DNA of 64,000 nucleotides, from assembly GCA_963727255.1 (NCBI GenBank), contig CAVSFC010000002.1:576001-640000 (forward strand). Direction: 5' to 3'. Position numbers and translations under genes: made by a program. Positions 12,913-22,440 of the stretch are shown here, in pieces. How positions within the stretch are numbered: the first letter of the stretch is position 1; the number at the start of each line of letters is the position of its first letter. This DNA comes from an uncultured bacterium (GTDB lineage Bacteria > Babelota > Babeliae > Babelales > Vermiphilaceae). The notes beneath the pieces are model-generated. The model saw only the letters and a program-made list of their open reading frames with translations. It was not told the origin of the DNA and did no database searches.

Positions 12913-12946
12913 TCAATGCCTTCGCAATGGTTTGCGAAGGCATTGA
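12913..12946. terminator. Stem-loop between two secreted-protein genes
   Basis: TCAATGCCTTCGCAA / TTGCGAAGGCATTGA perfect stem. Confidence 0.6.
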
Positions 12947-12958
12947 TGTTTACAGAAA

Positions 12959-13402
12959 TTATTGTTCATCGCCTAATTTGTGGAACTTTTCGAGTGCTTT
13001 AACGCAAGCAGCATTTTGCAGAGCATTAACATAGAGATCTTGGTGCATTTTTAAGTGCTTTTTAATTTGTCCATCTATTTTTGGATTTTCTTCTGCTGAG
13101 CAAGCTTGATTGTTAGCAAACTTGCAAGATGCCTGGGTAAACATTTTTGCCATTTCAACGGTGACAGATGCATGAATATTAGGATTATCAAGTTGCCAAA
13201 ATTCTTTCAGGTTCCCTGGTCCACTCTTAGAAATTTCAGCAATGGCGAGTTCTCGAAATTCATCGCGAGCACGATTATCATCCAGCGCACTATTTATGAT
13301 TTCTAAAGACCTTTTTGCACTTTTTTGTTCACCGGTCATCTGCATACCATGGAGAGAAACAGCTGCCAGTGATAATGCCGCGCAAAAAAAAGATTTGTTC
13401 AT
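12959..13402 (-). CDS. Secreted hypothetical protein, possible distant paralog of 12358-12891
   Basis: Signal peptide ...SLHG-MQM; weak shared pattern AK...AN...Y(V/L)NA. Confidence 0.7.
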   Translation of the reverse strand: MNKSFFCAALSLAAVSLHGMQMTGEQKSAKRSLEIINSALDDNRARDEFRELAIAEISKSGPGNLKEFWQLDNPNIHASVTVEMAKMFTQASCKFANNQACSAEENPKIDGQIKKHLKMHQDLYVNALQNAACVKALEKFHKLGDEQ

Positions 13403-13468
13403 GGTAATCCTTTAGGTGTAAAAAAATAAATAAAACTCTCTTTATTATAAATCTTTTTTATTAGAAAT

Positions 13469-14803
13469 CTATTTAATTCTTGAGCCAATGCCGTATCCGA
13501 TCAATGATAATCCTAGCGTGAGAAGTTCTTTGGGGATTGGTTGGGGATAGATCCTAAAAAGAATAAATCCAAATAATCCGCATGCAATTGCCCCAAATGC
13601 TGCATTTTTGTTTACCTCTTTCTTGAAGTAGCAAAAAAGCAGGGGCACAAGCAGGCAGCTTACAGAAATTTCATAACTGCTGATGATGATATCAATGATA
13701 TTTTGCGGCACTAAATATGAACCTATCAATGCGCAGATGCCAACAATCATCGTGGTACATTTTGAAATGAGAAGGTTATTGTTCCAGAATTGGCCGATCT
13801 TAAAATCTTGCGTGATATTGGCACTGATGCCATTCATAAGCGCATCAGCTGTAGAAACAATCGCAGCTACGATTGCGCACAGTGCAAGCGCAAAGAGAAT
13901 GTCGGGTGTATTTTGCTGCAAGAAAATTATAAGCGGATTTGCGGCTTCAGGAACCGCTAGATTAAGTATTTTAACTTGCATGCCCAGATATACAGGAATA
14001 AACGCAAATGCAAGTAAAAATATTCCGGCATTCAGGGCAGAAATTGTTGCTACAAAACTGGAGCGTGATGCAAAAAATCGCTGTGCCAAATCCTGCTCAA
14101 TCAAAGAAAAAAGTGCCGGCATTAAAATTCCACTGGTGATCATAGCAAGGGTGAGCGGCTGTGCTGTAAAAAGTTCTTGCGATGCAGTAAATAATCCCGC
14201 AGGTTTGGATAGCAAAGAAATAATAAAAATCGTGGTAAACGTGCAAACAATAATACAAAGCTGCACCATATCATTGATGGTGATTGCGCGTAATCCCCCA
14301 ATCATCGTATACGCAACTACTGAGAGCCAGAAAGGAAGAATAATCCACCATGCGCCAAAGCCGACCGCCGCCATCAAGCTTTTAAAGCCGACAACTTGCG
14401 CGATGAGAATTCCAAAAAGCGTTATGATTGAAAGCAATGATGCAATTTTTTTTAGTGTGGTTGAATTATATTGCGTTTCAAAAAGCTGCGCGGTAGTCGT
14501 AACATTAAAGCTTTGCAATCGCGATGCAATTCCGCATGCGAGTAATACAAACCCCAGGGCCATGCCGATGGTATAGAAAATACCAAAATAACCAGTAGTG
14601 TAAGCGCTTGCGGCGGTCCCTAAGAGCATTCCGCCGCCCAATTGGGTTGCAATCAAGTTGCTGGAAATCTGCCAGATGCCCAATTGCCGATTGGCGATAA
14701 AATAATCGGTGTCCGTTTTTACGTTTCGCGAAGCGCGGATTCCAAGAATAAAATAAAGTGCTCCGAATGCAGAAAAAAGTGATAAAAATAAGAGTGGGTT
14801 CAT
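13469..14803 (-). CDS. Sodium:solute symporter (SSS/SLC5; PutP/PanF-like)
   Basis: DYFIANR, ATQLGGG, YTMIGGLRA, QDLAQRFF, AAIVSTAD; many TM segments. Confidence 0.92.
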   Translation of the reverse strand: MNPLLFLSLFSAFGALYFILGIRASRNVKTDTDYFIANRQLGIWQISSNLIATQLGGGMLLGTAASAYTTGYFGIFYTIGMALGFVLLACGIASRLQSFNVTTTAQLFETQYNSTTLKKIASLLSIITLFGILIAQVVGFKSLMAAVGFGAWWIILPFWLSVVAYTMIGGLRAITINDMVQLCIIVCTFTTIFIISLLSKPAGLFTASQELFTAQPLTLAMITSGILMPALFSLIEQDLAQRFFASRSSFVATISALNAGIFLLAFAFIPVYLGMQVKILNLAVPEAANPLIIFLQQNTPDILFALALCAIVAAIVSTADALMNGISANITQDFKIGQFWNNNLLISKCTTMIVGICALIGSYLVPQNIIDIIISSYEISVSCLLVPLLFCYFKKEVNKNAAFGAIACGLFGFILFRIYPQPIPKELLTLGLSLIGYGIGSRIK

Positions 14804-14895
14804 AATAAATTCCTCAACAAATAATTGTAGGGCAGAAGTTTTTGCCAGTTTATTTTTTATTTACAATAACTCAATGATAGTGATTATGAAAAGCA

Positions 14896-14994
14896 TTAAT
14901 GAGAATGATGATGAGGATGAAGGGAATGGGCAGAATGAATAAACGCAAGGGTAGCTTTACCTTGCTTACTCAAGAAGGCAGTGATTTTTTGCAT
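14896..14994 (-). promoter_or_regulatory. Putative His-rich leader peptide (uORF) of the SSS symporter
   Basis: MQKITAFLSKQGKATLAFIHSAHSLHPHHHSH*; 7 CAT codons in the last 13 codons; ends 92 nt before the symporter ATG. Confidence 0.6.
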
Positions 14995-15138
14995 ATATGC
15001 GCTTGGCGCATTAATAAGTACCATAATTTTTCCCGATAGGCACATGAAGTCTAACTTTTCCTATTTTAGACTAAAATTTTTGATTATCAAGCTGAAGCTT
15101 GATATGAGCGTCAAAGGGCTTGAAATCGAGCCAAAATT

Positions 15139-16527
15139 TTATACCGAGCAGGTTCGTGATCGTTTAAGATCTTGAAATTTTCGGATGCTCGTTTCAATCC
15201 AGCCGCCAATATAAAAGCCAAGAAATGAAAGAGAAAATGAGGCAATCTGCCCAGAAAAGGGCATCGGAAAAATGTTAAAGATAATAAAACTGATGAGTCC
15301 GGTTAAAATCGCGCCGATTGCCGCACCTTTTTTGAGATCGGTTTGGAAATAGCTCATCAGCAGGGGGACAATCAAACAGCAATCATACAGTTCATAGCTA
15401 TACAGTAAAATTTGTATAGCACTTGAGGTGGTGCAGAAAGTCCCAATAATTGCTACAATTCCAACGAGCACGAGTATAATTTTATCTATCAAAGAGTTTT
15501 CAGGCAGATCTTTAATTGCCAGCCTCATCTCATAAGTAATGCTGAGGCTGATTGACCATAAATAATAATCGATCATTGCAATGAGAGCGGCAGCCATTCC
15601 CAGAACTGCCAGGATGACCACTCCATCATTAGTCAAAATTTTTAATACCGGGATCAAGGGGCTCACCCCTTCGGCGATTGTCAGATTCAATGTTTTTGCT
15701 TTGATCCCAAAATAAATGGGGACCAAAGAGAAAATAAGCATAAACATGCTTGCGCCAACAGCTGATGCGGCTGCCGTTGCTTTATTCTTGATGTTAAAAA
15801 GGGGCTTAGCGAATTCTTGATCAGTAATATAATAAAGCGCCGGCATAACCAGTGAAGCAAATATTGATGAGAAAGAAAGGCTGCTTTCAGTAAATATTGA
15901 CTGATTTAAAAATACATTACCGATGAACGAGGGAGGCTCCTTGAGCAAGCAGAACCCAAAAATGCCGCCAAATACTATGATCGTATAAATCAATTGTGCC
16001 CGATAGGTTAGGCCTGCGCCGCTTAATCCGCCTAGCAAGGCATATACTACTATGCATAGAGAAACGATAATAAATATCAGATCGCTATTAATCCCGAGCG
16101 CGTGAATGAGTGATTTGGTTGCGATGATTTGCCCCATGAGTAATCCCCAAACGGTGATAATAGAAAGTACTGATGCGCATGTGCGAATAAGAGGGGATTT
16201 ATATTTAATTTCAAAAAGATCTATTGTGCTTTCAACGTGCATGGCCTCCATTTTGGAGGCAAAGCCAAGGCCAAGTAATAAAAAGCCGATACTGATTCCT
16301 AAAACATATAAAAGCCCATAAATGCCGCTCGAATATGCTTCTTGGCAGGTTCCCAGCATCATGCTGCCGCCCAGCTCAAGGGCTATGAGTGCGAAGACGA
16401 TGCTCATGAAAGAGACGCTTTTTTTAATATAAGCAGTCGTTTGCTGTTTCTTTGCGGATAAAACATTAAAAATGCCGTAAACCAGCGAAGCGATTAAAGC
16501 AGCTGATATGCATACAGCAACATTCAT
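15139..16527 (-). CDS. Divergent SSS-family symporter paralog
   Basis: Colinear with 13469-14803 (ELGGSMMLG, IGFLLLGLGFASK, YALLGGL, CLIVPLL) but conserved motifs altered. Confidence 0.85.
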   Translation of the reverse strand: MNVAVCISAALIASLVYGIFNVLSAKKQQTTAYIKKSVSFMSIVFALIALELGGSMMLGTCQEAYSSGIYGLLYVLGISIGFLLLGLGFASKMEAMHVESTIDLFEIKYKSPLIRTCASVLSIITVWGLLMGQIIATKSLIHALGINSDLIFIIVSLCIVVYALLGGLSGAGLTYRAQLIYTIIVFGGIFGFCLLKEPPSFIGNVFLNQSIFTESSLSFSSIFASLVMPALYYITDQEFAKPLFNIKNKATAAASAVGASMFMLIFSLVPIYFGIKAKTLNLTIAEGVSPLIPVLKILTNDGVVILAVLGMAAALIAMIDYYLWSISLSITYEMRLAIKDLPENSLIDKIILVLVGIVAIIGTFCTTSSAIQILLYSYELYDCCLIVPLLMSYFQTDLKKGAAIGAILTGLISFIIFNIFPMPFSGQIASFSLSFLGFYIGGWIETSIRKFQDLKRSRTCSV

Positions 16528-16712
16528 ATTAATGCCCTCAGAATTTCATGCGTATGGCCTGTACTGTGCATGGTAAACGAACTGGGGGGTTGTTTTGCAA
16601 GCATATGATTTTAGGGTGCCTTTTAATCTAATAAGACTAGTACATTTCCATTTAAAATACTTTTGCTAACAAAGTAATAGATTAGAAATATAAATCAAGA
16701 TTAAAAGAAATA

Positions 16713-17240
16713 TTAAGGTAGATGATGTTTCTCAAGCAGTTTTTCGATATCTTTTATATGCTCTTGTGCTTCGCGTGCCTGGCAGAAGAGAGCGCCCGCA
16801 TTTTTTGCATAGAGATTTATGAGGTCTTTTGTTTGTTGAAAATTATTATTTCCGTCTAGACGAAGTTCTACGTTTTTATTGCCAAGCGTTTTAAGTTGAG
16901 CGCCCAAAAAAAGAGTCGCAGATTCAAGAATTCCTTTGTGAGAGGTATTATGATCTCTCCAATTTCGAATATACCCCTTTAACAATATATCATTTTCATT
17001 CTTGGTGATTGCATGTTCTAACGATCTTTTAAATTTCACGTAGGACGAGTTAATTGATTTAATTTTTAAACTGCATCCTTGAATAGCCAAGTTATCGCAA
17101 TCAAGAGCCTCGAATTTGAGAGCGCCGAAGGTGCTGATAAGATCTAGAAGACTTTCATTAACAATCGTGCTCGGTGATTTTTCACTTCCAGCGATATTTA
17201 AAGTCATGAAAATTAAAAGCGTCAATCTATTTAGATTCAT
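16713..17240 (-). CDS. Secreted hypothetical protein
   Basis: AGGGG RBS; signal-like N-terminus MNLNRLTLLIF. Confidence 0.6.
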   Translation of the reverse strand: MNLNRLTLLIFMTLNIAGSEKSPSTIVNESLLDLISTFGALKFEALDCDNLAIQGCSLKIKSINSSYVKFKRSLEHAITKNENDILLKGYIRNWRDHNTSHKGILESATLFLGAQLKTLGNKNVELRLDGNNNFQQTKDLINLYAKNAGALFCQAREAQEHIKDIEKLLEKHHLP

Positions 17241-17500
17241 AATTCCCCTTAAAATAACATTAATCTTTTTGGATACCATAATGTTTATTTAATTAAAAAT
17301 CAAAAAAGTAATTGCTGCAGATCAATTTCATGATACCATTTTTGATCTAAATATAATTGCTTTACACTAATCAAAATTAAATTAAAAAATGATATTTTAT
17401 GAAAGAGGATGCTATAAAAGCACAATAAGTATTGTTTTTTTAGATTAAGAGCACATTAATCTTATAGGATTATTTGCAATGCATAAGGGGGATCAAAAAA

Positions 17501-17914
17501 ATGAATACCATCAAAATTGGATGCGAAGTTTTTTTAATAAAGAACAACATGGTTTTATTGGGCAGAAGGAAAAATTGTTATGGAGATGGAACATGGGGCT
17601 TGCCAGGGGGGCATTTAGAATATGGAGAATCAATAATTGAGTGCGCAAAAAGGGAAATTAAGGAAGAGATTGGTATTGAAGTTGCAGAATTAAAATTGAT
17701 TTCTGTTATTGATAATATTGATGAACGGGGGCACTATCTTCATGTATCTTTCTTGCTAGAACAATTTTCAGGCGAAATACGCTGCATGGAGCCTTATTTT
17801 TGCTCCGAATGGAAATTTTTTGATATTTCCAATTTGCCGCAAGATCTTTTTAAGCCGCATCAAAGAATATTTCAGAACTATTTTAGGAATACTCTCCATC
17901 TCGAAAAAGAATAA
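17501..17914 (+). CDS. NUDIX hydrolase (NUDT15/MutT-like)
   Basis: WGLPGGHLEYGESIIECAKREIKEEIG Nudix box. Confidence 0.93.
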   Translation: MNTIKIGCEVFLIKNNMVLLGRRKNCYGDGTWGLPGGHLEYGESIIECAKREIKEEIGIEVAELKLISVIDNIDERGHYLHVSFLLEQFSGEIRCMEPYFCSEWKFFDISNLPQDLFKPHQRIFQNYFRNTLHLEKE

Positions 17915-17934
17915 CCATTAATATTTTTAGTAAT

Positions 17935-18597
17935 TTACGTTAATAGTTCTTGAAGATCAATTTCATGATACCCATTTACTTGCAGATCAGCATTCTTAAT
18001 TTGCTCAGGGCGGTTGCTTGTATTGATCCCAATGCAAAACATTCCGGCCGCTTTTGCAGCCATAATGCCGTGCGCTGAATCTTCAATCACAATGCATTCT
18101 GCTGGCTTTACGCCCAGCTGCTGCGCCGCATGCAGAAAAATAAGCGGGCTTGGCTTGCCAATATTATTGACATGGTTCATTGAATAGAGATGGCAGCCAA
18201 AAAATTGTGAAAGATTAAGACTTTTATCAGTAATTTCTAGAGTATCGATGGTGGCATTGGTTGCAACAGCAACCTTGAGAGGAAAAGCGGCAACTTTTTG
18301 AATAAATTCAGGAAATCCTTCGATAAAACAGATACCGGTTTGATAGAGCTTATTTGCAATGGCCGCTTTCTCCTTCATGATAACTTCAACGCTATCATCT
18401 GATTGGGTTACTTCTTTAATCAGTTGGCATGCTTTGGGCAACCCTGAACCAAGCAATTGTTGATTAATCTGTTCTTTTTCTAGCGTGGTTAAAGATTTGC
18501 CTCGTTTTGCGATCACGATATGCGAAGCTTGCATCCACAATATTTCAGTGTCAACGATGGTGCCATCCATATCAAAAATAATTGCTTTAAATTTCAT
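17935..18597 (-). CDS. HAD family phosphatase (beta-PGM/YqaB-like)
   Basis: FDMDGT, VATN, KPSP, VIEDS, AAKAAGM. Confidence 0.93.
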   Translation of the reverse strand: MKFKAIIFDMDGTIVDTEILWMQASHIVIAKRGKSLTTLEKEQINQQLLGSGLPKACQLIKEVTQSDDSVEVIMKEKAAIANKLYQTGICFIEGFPEFIQKVAAFPLKVAVATNATIDTLEITDKSLNLSQFFGCHLYSMNHVNNIGKPSPLIFLHAAQQLGVKPAECIVIEDSAHGIMAAKAAGMFCIGINTSNRPEQIKNADLQVNGYHEIDLQELLT

Positions 18598-18665
18598 ATT
18601 TTCCCTAAATTGTGCCCTGTTCCCATACTTTTGCTTGGCCCGCATTGTTTATTTCCGTCGTTGTA

Positions 18666-18882
18666 TCCCTCTCTACTCGGCCCTTGGCCTCCATTGGGAC
18701 GAACTGCCCGCCATCGCCTCTGGCGAGGGAATCGATTTTGCATATTTTTTTCTATTTTAGTAATCCCACTTAACGGGCCTGCCCGCTGCTTCGACTCACT
18801 CAGTTCCCTCAGGATAAACTCCGCTTGCAGACTGGCCGTTTCCGGCATAGCTTTAGCGAAGACGGAATAAGCGAAGGCCGGG
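18666..18882. repeat. Composite cluster of family-A and family-B elements, partly nested
   Basis: 18666-18706 matches 59122-59160; A-type at 18788-18820; B-type TCCGGCATAGCTTTAGCGAAGACGGA at 18841-18866. Confidence 0.7.
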
Positions 18883-18979
18883 TTGATAATTCCATTTTTA
18901 TGAGTAACCTAGTATGAGCGGTTGTAAGCCCTATTCATAACGTATCACTTTTATTTATTTTAATTCAACGGTGGTCACT

Positions 18980-19642
18980 ATGGTCAGTAAGAAGTTGCTC
19001 AGTCCATTTCAAAATATTCTGCTCTTTAATACGCTCATTAAAGTATCGGGAATTGCCAAGCTCAGCTTCATCGTCGGTTCTCAGATTGCCTTTTTCTCAG
19101 CTGTTGCAATTATGACCCCTCTTTCAGGTGCTTTTGCCGGAATTTCCGGATGCTTTAGCGTCTTCGGAGTTGGGCTTTTAATTCGATTTTTATTTTTTGG
19201 CTCTTTGCCATTTCATTTCTTAGCATATCATATTCCCGGATTATGTGCATCGCTCTACTGGGCCACAGAGTCAAAACTGATCAGAATTGCGCCGGCTATT
19301 CTGTGTATGGCACTTTTTATAGCCCATCCAGTCGGAGCTTCGGCGGCGTTATATAGCCTTTTTTGGCTGATTCCGGTTTATACCACGTTATTCTGCAAAG
19401 ATACTATTTTTACCCGGGCGTTGGGCAGCACCTTTACTGCCCATGCAGTTGGTTCTATAATCTGGTTATTTACGGTTCCTATGAATCCTGATCAATGGCT
19501 TGCGCTCATTCCGGTTGTATGTATTGAAAGAGCATTATTCACTGTTGGCATGGCAATAGGGTATACCGTGATTGCCTGGTGTTTGGCAAAAACATCCATC
19601 TTTTCTCAACACTCAGTTCGTATTACGAGTGCAAGGATTTAA
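18980..19642 (+). CDS. Integral membrane protein, possibly ECF S-component-like
   Basis: About 220 aa, 6-7 TM; PLSGAFAG and STFTAHAVGS segments. Confidence 0.5.
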   Translation: MVSKKLLSPFQNILLFNTLIKVSGIAKLSFIVGSQIAFFSAVAIMTPLSGAFAGISGCFSVFGVGLLIRFLFFGSLPFHFLAYHIPGLCASLYWATESKLIRIAPAILCMALFIAHPVGASAALYSLFWLIPVYTTLFCKDTIFTRALGSTFTAHAVGSIIWLFTVPMNPDQWLALIPVVCIERALFTVGMAIGYTVIAWCLAKTSIFSQHSVRITSARI

Positions 19643-19648
19643 GCATCT

Positions 19649-20485
19649 ATGAATATTCGCTTGGCATTTGGCGCTGTATCTATTTTTCTTGTATGTGGTT
19701 TGCTTTGGCACAAACTCAGACGAGCAGATGTTGATCTTCAAACGCAAAAAACTTCCTTAGATGTTCCCATGCCTCAAGAAATAGAAGAAGCGCAACCATT
19801 GCAGCACCTTGCCTGCATCATGGATGGCAATCGCCGCTGGGCAAAAGAACGGGGCTTATCATCAACTGAAGGGCATAAAAAAGGCATTGAAATGTCTAAG
19901 CTGATAATCGAATTTTGCCTTGAGAAGAAGATTCCCTATCTTTCTTTATACATCTTTTCTAATGAAAATTTTAGACGTACCGAGCAAGAATTAAAATCTA
20001 TTTTTGGGCTGATGTTGCAAGAGGCCAATAAAGGCATAGAAGAATTTAAAAAGCATGATATTCGGCTCCGATTTATTGGAGATCGCAGTTTATTCCCCGA
20101 GCAACTATTGCCATTACTTGATCAATTTGAAAAAGAAACTGCTCATTGCAAAACGCTGCAGGCAAGTTTCCTCTTCTGCTATGGGGCACGCCAAGAAATT
20201 GCCGCAGCGGCTAAAAATATTGCGCATAAGGTAAAGATTGACGAGCTTGCTGAGGATGATATTACCCCTGAGCTCTTTGCCGATCACTTGTGGACCCGAG
20301 AACTTCCTGAGCCAGATCTTATTATTCGCACCGGATATGTTTCGCGATTGAGCAATTTCTTGCTCTATCAAGCAGCGTATTCAGAATTATATATGCTCGA
20401 TTGTTTCTGGCCAGATATTACTAAAGAAAAGTTACAAGAGGCATATGATCAATATATTAGCAGTGAACGCAGATTTGGTGCTTAG
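19649..20485 (+). CDS. uppS: Undecaprenyl diphosphate synthase with N-terminal TM extension
   Basis: HLACIMDGNRRWA, FSNENFRR, YGARQEI, PDLIIRTG, RLSNFLLYQ, RRFG. Confidence 0.96.
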   Translation: MNIRLAFGAVSIFLVCGLLWHKLRRADVDLQTQKTSLDVPMPQEIEEAQPLQHLACIMDGNRRWAKERGLSSTEGHKKGIEMSKLIIEFCLEKKIPYLSLYIFSNENFRRTEQELKSIFGLMLQEANKGIEEFKKHDIRLRFIGDRSLFPEQLLPLLDQFEKETAHCKTLQASFLFCYGARQEIAAAAKNIAHKVKIDELAEDDITPELFADHLWTRELPEPDLIIRTGYVSRLSNFLLYQAAYSELYMLDCFWPDITKEKLQEAYDQYISSERRFGA

Positions 20486-20492
20486 ATGGTCC

Positions 20493-20573
20493 TATTCATC
20501 CTGAGCTTGTCGAAGGATAGAAACTTAGAATTGTCGAGTATTTTTGCATGGTTCGACAAGTTCACCATGAATA
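20493..20573. repeat. Inverted pair of family-A elements
   Basis: TTCATCCTGAGCTTGTCGAAGGA and inverted TTCATGGTGAACTTGTCGAACCA. Confidence 0.85.
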
Positions 20574-20580
20574 AATATTC

Positions 20581-21399
20581 TTACAATATCCCCAAACTCA
20601 TCAAATCATGGCGGAACTGCGCTGGATTTTTAAAATGGATCCCAAGAAATCCTTGCGCAACTGCCGGCAGTATATTTACCAGCTTATCATCGACAAAAAT
20701 AATTAATTTACTCCGATCGGGATCATAAAGATCCAAATATTGTTTATAATATTCAGGATCCGGTTTCTCAACTCTATTTTTGCAACAATCTACCGTTTTA
20801 CCTTCCATGCCTTCAGCATCTTTATCGAAATATACAAAAATATTTTGACCAAGAACAGTAAGTTGTTCTTTAAGTTTTATAAAGATTTGCGTACCAATGT
20901 TGGATGCTATATGAAGTGTATATCCTCTTTGCTTAAGCTCTTTGAGAATTGTTTCCACATCAGGATCGGGGCGCTGGGCATTGACAACCGTGGTGAAAAG
21001 TTCCGCAAGATCAATCGCCTTCGCTTGCAAAAGATTATGAATAAATCGTGCAGAAGTAATCTCATGATAGTTATTTTTTTGCCATGGTAATACGTTGATC
21101 ACCGATTGCCAAACAATTGAACCGAGGCTAACCATCAAAGGGATATTCCAAAGTGCTTTAATGAATTGGCTTTTGTGGGGATAATTGCGAATGATTGTCC
21201 AAATGAGTTTAGATTTTTTATGTAATAAAACCTTATGAATATCAAATGCAAATTCAAGTTTGTGTTCAGCTTTTTTTTCAGAAATCATTTGTATTAACTG
21301 TTTTTCCGCTTTCCCGAACGGTGGAAAAATAGTTTGGGCGTGTGTGGGGGCACAAAAGATAAGTGCAATTAAAAGAGAAATGCTTGTATACAGTTTCAT
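20581..21399 (-). CDS. Secreted HAD-like hydrolase
   Basis: FAFDIHKV, IASN, KPDP, FVDDK; signal peptide. Confidence 0.7.
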   Translation of the reverse strand: MKLYTSISLLIALIFCAPTHAQTIFPPFGKAEKQLIQMISEKKAEHKLEFAFDIHKVLLHKKSKLIWTIIRNYPHKSQFIKALWNIPLMVSLGSIVWQSVINVLPWQKNNYHEITSARFIHNLLQAKAIDLAELFTTVVNAQRPDPDVETILKELKQRGYTLHIASNIGTQIFIKLKEQLTVLGQNIFVYFDKDAEGMEGKTVDCCKNRVEKPDPEYYKQYLDLYDPDRSKLIIFVDDKLVNILPAVAQGFLGIHFKNPAQFRHDLMSLGIL

Positions 21400-21465
21400 A
21401 GTTCTCTTTCATAAAAGTTTGTTACGAATATCGTAGAATATTCTGAAAAGAAGAAGCAATGTTCT

Positions 21466-22170
21466 TTATGCTCCCACTTGTAATTGAACTTTAAGCGGTT
21501 TATCGGGGGTTATGATTAGCAGTGATCCGGGCAAAGGACGTTGATCAAGAACTATGCAACTGTTACATTGATGGGCCGGTTGAGTAGGGGTTGCATGAAG
21601 AATATCGGCGGTGCAACCATTGAGCTGTAAAAATGAAAGCACTTCATCGACAGATTTCTTTTTAAGATTTGGCATAATTACCGGTTTTTGATTTTGCGCA
21701 GTATATATAATTACTCCTTGATCACTTGCAGCCATTCCGGGGGCTGGATATTGCGCAATGCAGTGTTCGCTCTGATAATCTGCAGGAAGTGGCGCAATTT
21801 TTGCATGCAATGATTGGCCTTCGATTATTTTAGTAGCTTCTTGAGCAGTTTTATGATGAAGATCAGGAATTTGCAATGGCATAGGTTTGCGCGCAATTAC
21901 CAAATAGAGCGCTTGATGTTCTTTTATTGCGCTTCCTGGGCTTGGGGTTTGGCTTACTATCGTTCCTTCAACTAAATCCGGCTCATCTTTATGCCCAATA
22001 ATGCGTAAGTTCAAATTTTTTTGAGATAAGATAACTGCTGCTTTATCAAGGCTTTGCCCAATTAATGCCGGGGCTTGCAGTGTGGGTGCGGAAGAGATGA
22101 AGCTTATGGCAAGATAGCCTAAAATAAATGTTGCAAAAGGGGTGATCCAAAGAAAACGGGATAGCATCAT
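21466..22170 (-). CDS. Membrane-anchored PASTA-domain protein (3 repeats, no kinase)
   Basis: PALIG...GTIVSQTPSPG; IPDL...AQYPAPG; MPNL...DQRPLPG. Confidence 0.85.
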   Translation of the reverse strand: MMLSRFLWITPFATFILGYLAISFISSAPTLQAPALIGQSLDKAAVILSQKNLNLRIIGHKDEPDLVEGTIVSQTPSPGSAIKEHQALYLVIARKPMPLQIPDLHHKTAQEATKIIEGQSLHAKIAPLPADYQSEHCIAQYPAPGMAASDQGVIIYTAQNQKPVIMPNLKKKSVDEVLSFLQLNGCTADILHATPTQPAHQCNSCIVLDQRPLPGSLLIITPDKPLKVQLQVGA

Positions 22171-22202
22171 GATTCTTTTGTTTATAATACCAGGTGAATA
22201 AT

Positions 22203-22338
22203 AAGAGCTTATGCGAAAATTCGAAAAGCCGCTCGTCCTGAGTTTATCGAAGGATTCGAGCGCTCGAATGGTTCGACAAGCTCACCACGAGCGGGTGTAA
22301 AAATTTTATTGAAAATAATAAATTTCGGACAAACTCTT
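22203..22338. repeat. Family-A inverted pair within imperfect terminal inverted repeats (MITE/REPIN-like)
   Basis: A elements 22229-22254 and 22269-22294 joined by palindrome TTCGAGCGCTCGAA; flanks AAGAGCTTATGCGAAAATT / AATTTCGGACAAACTCTT. Confidence 0.75.
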
Positions 22339-22440
22339 TGTAAAGATAGCAGCTAAATCGATGCCCGTTAAGATATTTTGAATTTATTTGTTGGCTTACT
22401 ATGCTATAAGCAGTTTTACTCATCCAAAAAAAGGGAATTT

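Noticed and set aside
16524..16571. Second His-containing uORF MHSTGHTHEILRALI* overlapping the upstream SSS start (ATGA)
   Set aside because: Its ATG overlaps a likely -10 box (TTGCAA-18 nt-TACCAT), it has only 3 His and no RBS; probably chance.
18600..18730. Possible 6S RNA or riboswitch upstream of the HAD gene
   Set aside because: The GC-rich part matches the dispersed repeat at 59122-59160; no aptamer consensus seen.
18905..18970. Possible riboswitch upstream of the S-component-like gene
   Set aside because: Only a weak hairpin; no class I can recognise.
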